The notes under the pieces are model-generated. The model saw only the letters and a list, made by a program, of their open reading frames with translations. It was not told the DNA's origin and searched no databases. Below, piece by piece: positions 62,200-64,000 of a stretch of 64,000 nt of DNA. The position numbers were made by a program, and so were the translations under genes. The DNA lies in assembly GCA_013265495.1 (NCBI GenBank), contig MU058418.1, positions 372,001 to 436,000 of the forward strand, written 5' to 3'. The stretch is from Vicugna vicugna. Lineage: Eukaryota. Numbering within the stretch: the first letter of the stretch is position 1; each line of letters begins with the position of its first letter.

Positions 62200-64000
62200 G
62201 ATAAAAGGAGGCAAGTAATCAGATTAGCAAAAATCCAAAAGTTTGACCACCTACTGAGTTGGCAGGCTAGAGAACAGGGATGGTACATATTGCCAGTGAG
62301 AATGTAAAAGGCATACTGTGCAAGATCATTTGATAATCCCTAGCACAATTACATATATGTTTATATAATATGTAACTACATACATTTACATTTGACCCAA
62401 AAATCCCAATTCTAGAAATCCTTCCCCAAATACAAAATGACTTATGCACAAGGCTGTATAGTGTTATCTGTAATAGCAAAAGATTGGAAACAAACCAAAT
62501 AACCACAAGTAGGGGACTAGTTGAATAACCTGGGGTAGATCCATGCAATGAAACACAGTATATAACTCTAAAAATAGAATAAGGGCCATCTCTTTTTTTT
62601 AATTTGATAAACATTAAAATTTAAAACTTTAATACATTAATAATACTTGTATCAAATATAAGATATGAGTTGATACTTTTTCTTTGTGAAACATTCTTAT
62701 AAATCAATGAGAAAAGCACTAAAACTATCTCTTTACACTGATGTGGAGTGATCTCTGGAATTTATATCAGCTTTAAACAACAACACAACCAAGGTGCAGA
62801 ATAGAATAGTATGCTTTTTTGGTAAGATACATATTTATATACATTTGGGATGGGGGAAAACAGGTGGACGGGACTGGCGTGGAAGCAGGCTACTCTGATG
62901 AATATACCTCATACCTAAACTCAAAACTATATAGTTTTGAGTTTAGAATCATGTATAGACATATTCAAAATAATTTTAAATTAAAATGAAAAATGTAATT
63001 CCTAAAATTTGAAAACAACTAAAGCAAATTACCTAACTGTATATTAAGTTGGTGGCATAATCACACCAAGTAAACAATTAAATGACTTTAGAAAATAGTG
63101 TTTTCACTGTACATTCATAGAGGAATATATTTTTAGGATAAATAGATTTACAAAAAAGTCTTAAACTTTATTCAGTAGTCTTATTGCTGGTAGAAATATA
63201 GATAGTATTACCTTCAAACTGTTCTTGTTTATTACAGGTAAAAACCAATATTAGAGTTGTTAGGAATGATTATCAGAGAAGTAGAATCCATGTAAGGTTA
63301 AAGGTGAATTGGGAATATGAACTAGTGATTCTGTCTTTTAAAAAAAAATTTTTAATGGTAGTAATGGGGATTCAACCCAGGACCTCATGCATACTAAGTA
63401 TTCACTCTACCACTGAACTATAACCTCCCTCCTTGATTTTGCCTTCTTAAAAATGTTTCTTCTATCCAAACAGGAGAATTTTTACATTTATTGAAGAAGA
63501 AAAAAACATTTACTTGTTTTATCCCTCAAAAAGCCCTAGAAGTAATGATAATCGTGTACCAGTGAGCACCTTTAGCATTCATGTCATATTCTCAATATAT
63601 CACTTCTTATTAAAATAAAGGAAGTTCTTTGGAGGAATGGCAGATGTCAGGTCTGGGGCTAGAAATGCACGTGATGATCCTGGGACACCCTGTTTGGTGA
63701 ATCAAGGAAACTATTAAAGTCTAAAGTCTAATGGAATAGGTCAAAGGGAAAGAGTGATTGGCATAAAGGAGCTTCCACTGGCTGAAAAGGGGACACTCTG
63801 AGCCTCAAAAAAGAGAAGCCAACTACAACTGATTGAAATTCATTGATGACATATAAATCCTTGGGTTGATTATTAGACATAACTAGAGCAATACACTGAG
63901 TATTTGCAATATAATGAAAGAATTGAGCATTTATTCTGCCTTTCCTGTATGACTTACATTTAGTGGTGTCTTAGCCTGGCTTACCCCCTTGGAAGCTGAA
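62200..64000 (+). mobile_element. Old L1M remnants (ORF2 end and L1MC-type 3' UTR)
   Basis: tttgacccaaaaatcccaattctagaaat..taatagcaaaagattggaaacaa; gaaatagtgttttcactgtac..; tcaggtctggggctagaaatgcac. Confidence 0.6.
63349..63430 (-). mobile_element. Short Vic-1-type SINE (tRNA-like part only)
   Basis: Reverse complement GGGAGGTTATAGTTCAGTGGTAGAGTGAATACTTAGTATGCATGAGGTCCTGGGTTGAATCCCCATTACTACCATTAAAAA. Approximate TSD tgattctgtctt / tgattttgcctt. Confidence 0.8.

Noticed and set aside
63349..63430. tRNA gene (also at 1568-1630)
   Set aside because: Broken stems, A-rich tail and TSD indicate SINE copies rather than functional tRNAs.
1..64000. CRISPR arrays, operons, prophage or other prokaryote-type systems
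   Set aside because: No regularly spaced repeats or dense coding; the sequence is mammalian intron and promoter DNA.

Overview
Mammalian genomic DNA, AT-rich and CpG-depleted, most likely camelid (camel/alpaca/llama) judging from Vic-1-type tRNA-derived SINEs and camelid-like young L1 3' ends. The only protein-coding sequence I can support is coding exon 1 of PDSS2 (decaprenyl-diphosphate synthase subunit 2, CoQ side-chain synthesis) on the minus strand at 59235..58940 (296 nt, phase-2 donor AG|GTGAGC), inside a CpG-island promoter (~58850-60090). Positions 1-58939 are the 5' part of the very long PDSS2 intron 1; exon 2 was not found here. About 60100-64000 is upstream flank. The intron is a layered record of transposons (L1s of several ages, MIR, L2, MLT1, MER5A, MER20, MER102, Charlie1a, Tigger1 derivative, MER2B), several with readable target-site duplications and nested insertions, separated by repeat-free blocks with enhancer-like motifs. 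I found no convincing undescribed biological system. The best leads are two candidate uORFs in the PDSS2 5' leader (one overlapping a YY1 site), several RFX X-boxes in the intron, CpG-retaining intronic patches, a perfect 16-bp-arm hairpin, a solo poly(A) retro-insertion and a candidate poison exon. Repeat family names come from recalled consensus sequences; boundaries without TSDs are approximate.
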